From Mobula hypostoma (taxonomy: Eukaryota), in NCBI RefSeq assembly GCF_963921235.1, contig NC_086097.1, positions 234,610,001-234,674,000 on the forward strand: a stretch of 64,000 nt of DNA, read 5' to 3'. Every line of letters starts with the position of its first letter. Within the stretch, counting starts at the first letter, position 1. Under the pieces are notes generated by a model that was not told the DNA's origin, ran no database searches, and saw only the letters and a list, made by a program, of their open reading frames with translations. Shown here one piece after another: positions 63,071 to 64,000 of the stretch. The position numbers and the translations under genes are program-made.

Positions 63071-63472
63071 CGAGGGATGATTGATAAGTTTGTGACCTAG
63101 GGTAGAAGGAGTCAATCTTAGAAAGCCTGGCACATTTATTTTTCAACATAGTCCCCTCCTACATTTACACACTTAGAAGGAGATGAGTTATGAACTTCAA
63201 ATTTTCTGCATAATCACTCAAAGAATTGAACTGCAAGAGCTGTATAACTCATCTCCTTCTACTTTAGGCCACAAACTTATCAATCACCCTCCTGTGGACC
63301 ACTCACTGGTGGTCCAAGACGTCGACTTCCACAAAGAAGGGATCTGTACGCTCCACAACCACTGGACTAAGTGTGTACATGTAGGAGGGGACTATGTTGA
63401 AAAATAAATGTGCTAGGTTTTCTAAAATTGGCTCCTTCTACCTTAGGCCACAAACTTATCAATCACCCCTCG
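63071..63472. mobile_element. Mariner-type MITE with long TIRs
   Basis: TA-CGAGGG...CCCTCG-TA ends; ~105-bp imperfect TIRs; extra internal TIR copy at ~63254-63290. Confidence 0.9.
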
Positions 63473-64000
63473 TATTCTTGTAATGAATTAATGGACATTC
63501 TGCAAGACAAGTTTTTAATCGTACCTCAGTATATGTAACAATAATAATTAATGGACCAATCTACATTTGGTTTCTGTGATATAACAGGTGACCATATTAT
63601 TGGAACTCAAAGTAACAGACTTGATTGGGTGAAGTTCAAGGAAATCACTGCATCTCTTGGAAGGACTGTTCGGGTCTCTGCATGTTGTGAAGTTATTAGG
63701 TAAAAGAGCAGGTATTGCATCTCCTGCAGTAGCATGGAAAAGTGCCATGAGAAGTGGGATGGCTAGTGACAGGCCAAGAATGACCTTTGGAGTTGTGATT
63801 AATGGATTAGTTTAATCTATGTATGAACGCATAGTAGGATAGGCTTGTTACAACAATGACTTTGGAGTGAAAGAAATGCTAATTAATAAAGTTACAGGTG
63901 ACAACATAAAAGTTTAAATGTGTAGCTATTCAGACTTTTCATTATCAATTTAGTTCCAAGTTAAATTATAAACCAAAAGCTTCTATATTTGCCAACCGCA

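Overview
Eukaryotic, repeat-dominated, gene-poor genomic DNA. The repeat repertoire suggests a cartilaginous fish such as a ray or shark (inference). No prokaryotic genes, rRNA or CRISPR are present, and no host gene can be confidently identified (one weak exon candidate at 22995-23161, minus strand). Most long ORFs are retroelement fragments: CR1 LINEs (including a nested cluster at ~3.3-16.5 kb with a near-full-length copy), Rex1/Babar and RTE 3' ends, a degenerate chromodomain-bearing Gypsy provirus (16541-21455), an older fragmented Gypsy (54660-57563), solo LTRs, tRNA-derived SINEs and Tc1/mariner MITEs. The most notable system is a family of Neptune-type Penelope-like elements (GIY-YIG endonuclease). 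They carry a minimal type I hammerhead ribozyme about 100 nt from the 3' end. They repeatedly insert as head-to-head fold-back palindromes of 81 bp to 2.2 kb, with 11-14 bp target-site duplications and a stereotyped ~30-35 nt asymmetric tail. All calls were made by eye; no database searches or alignments were run, and many boundaries are approximate.
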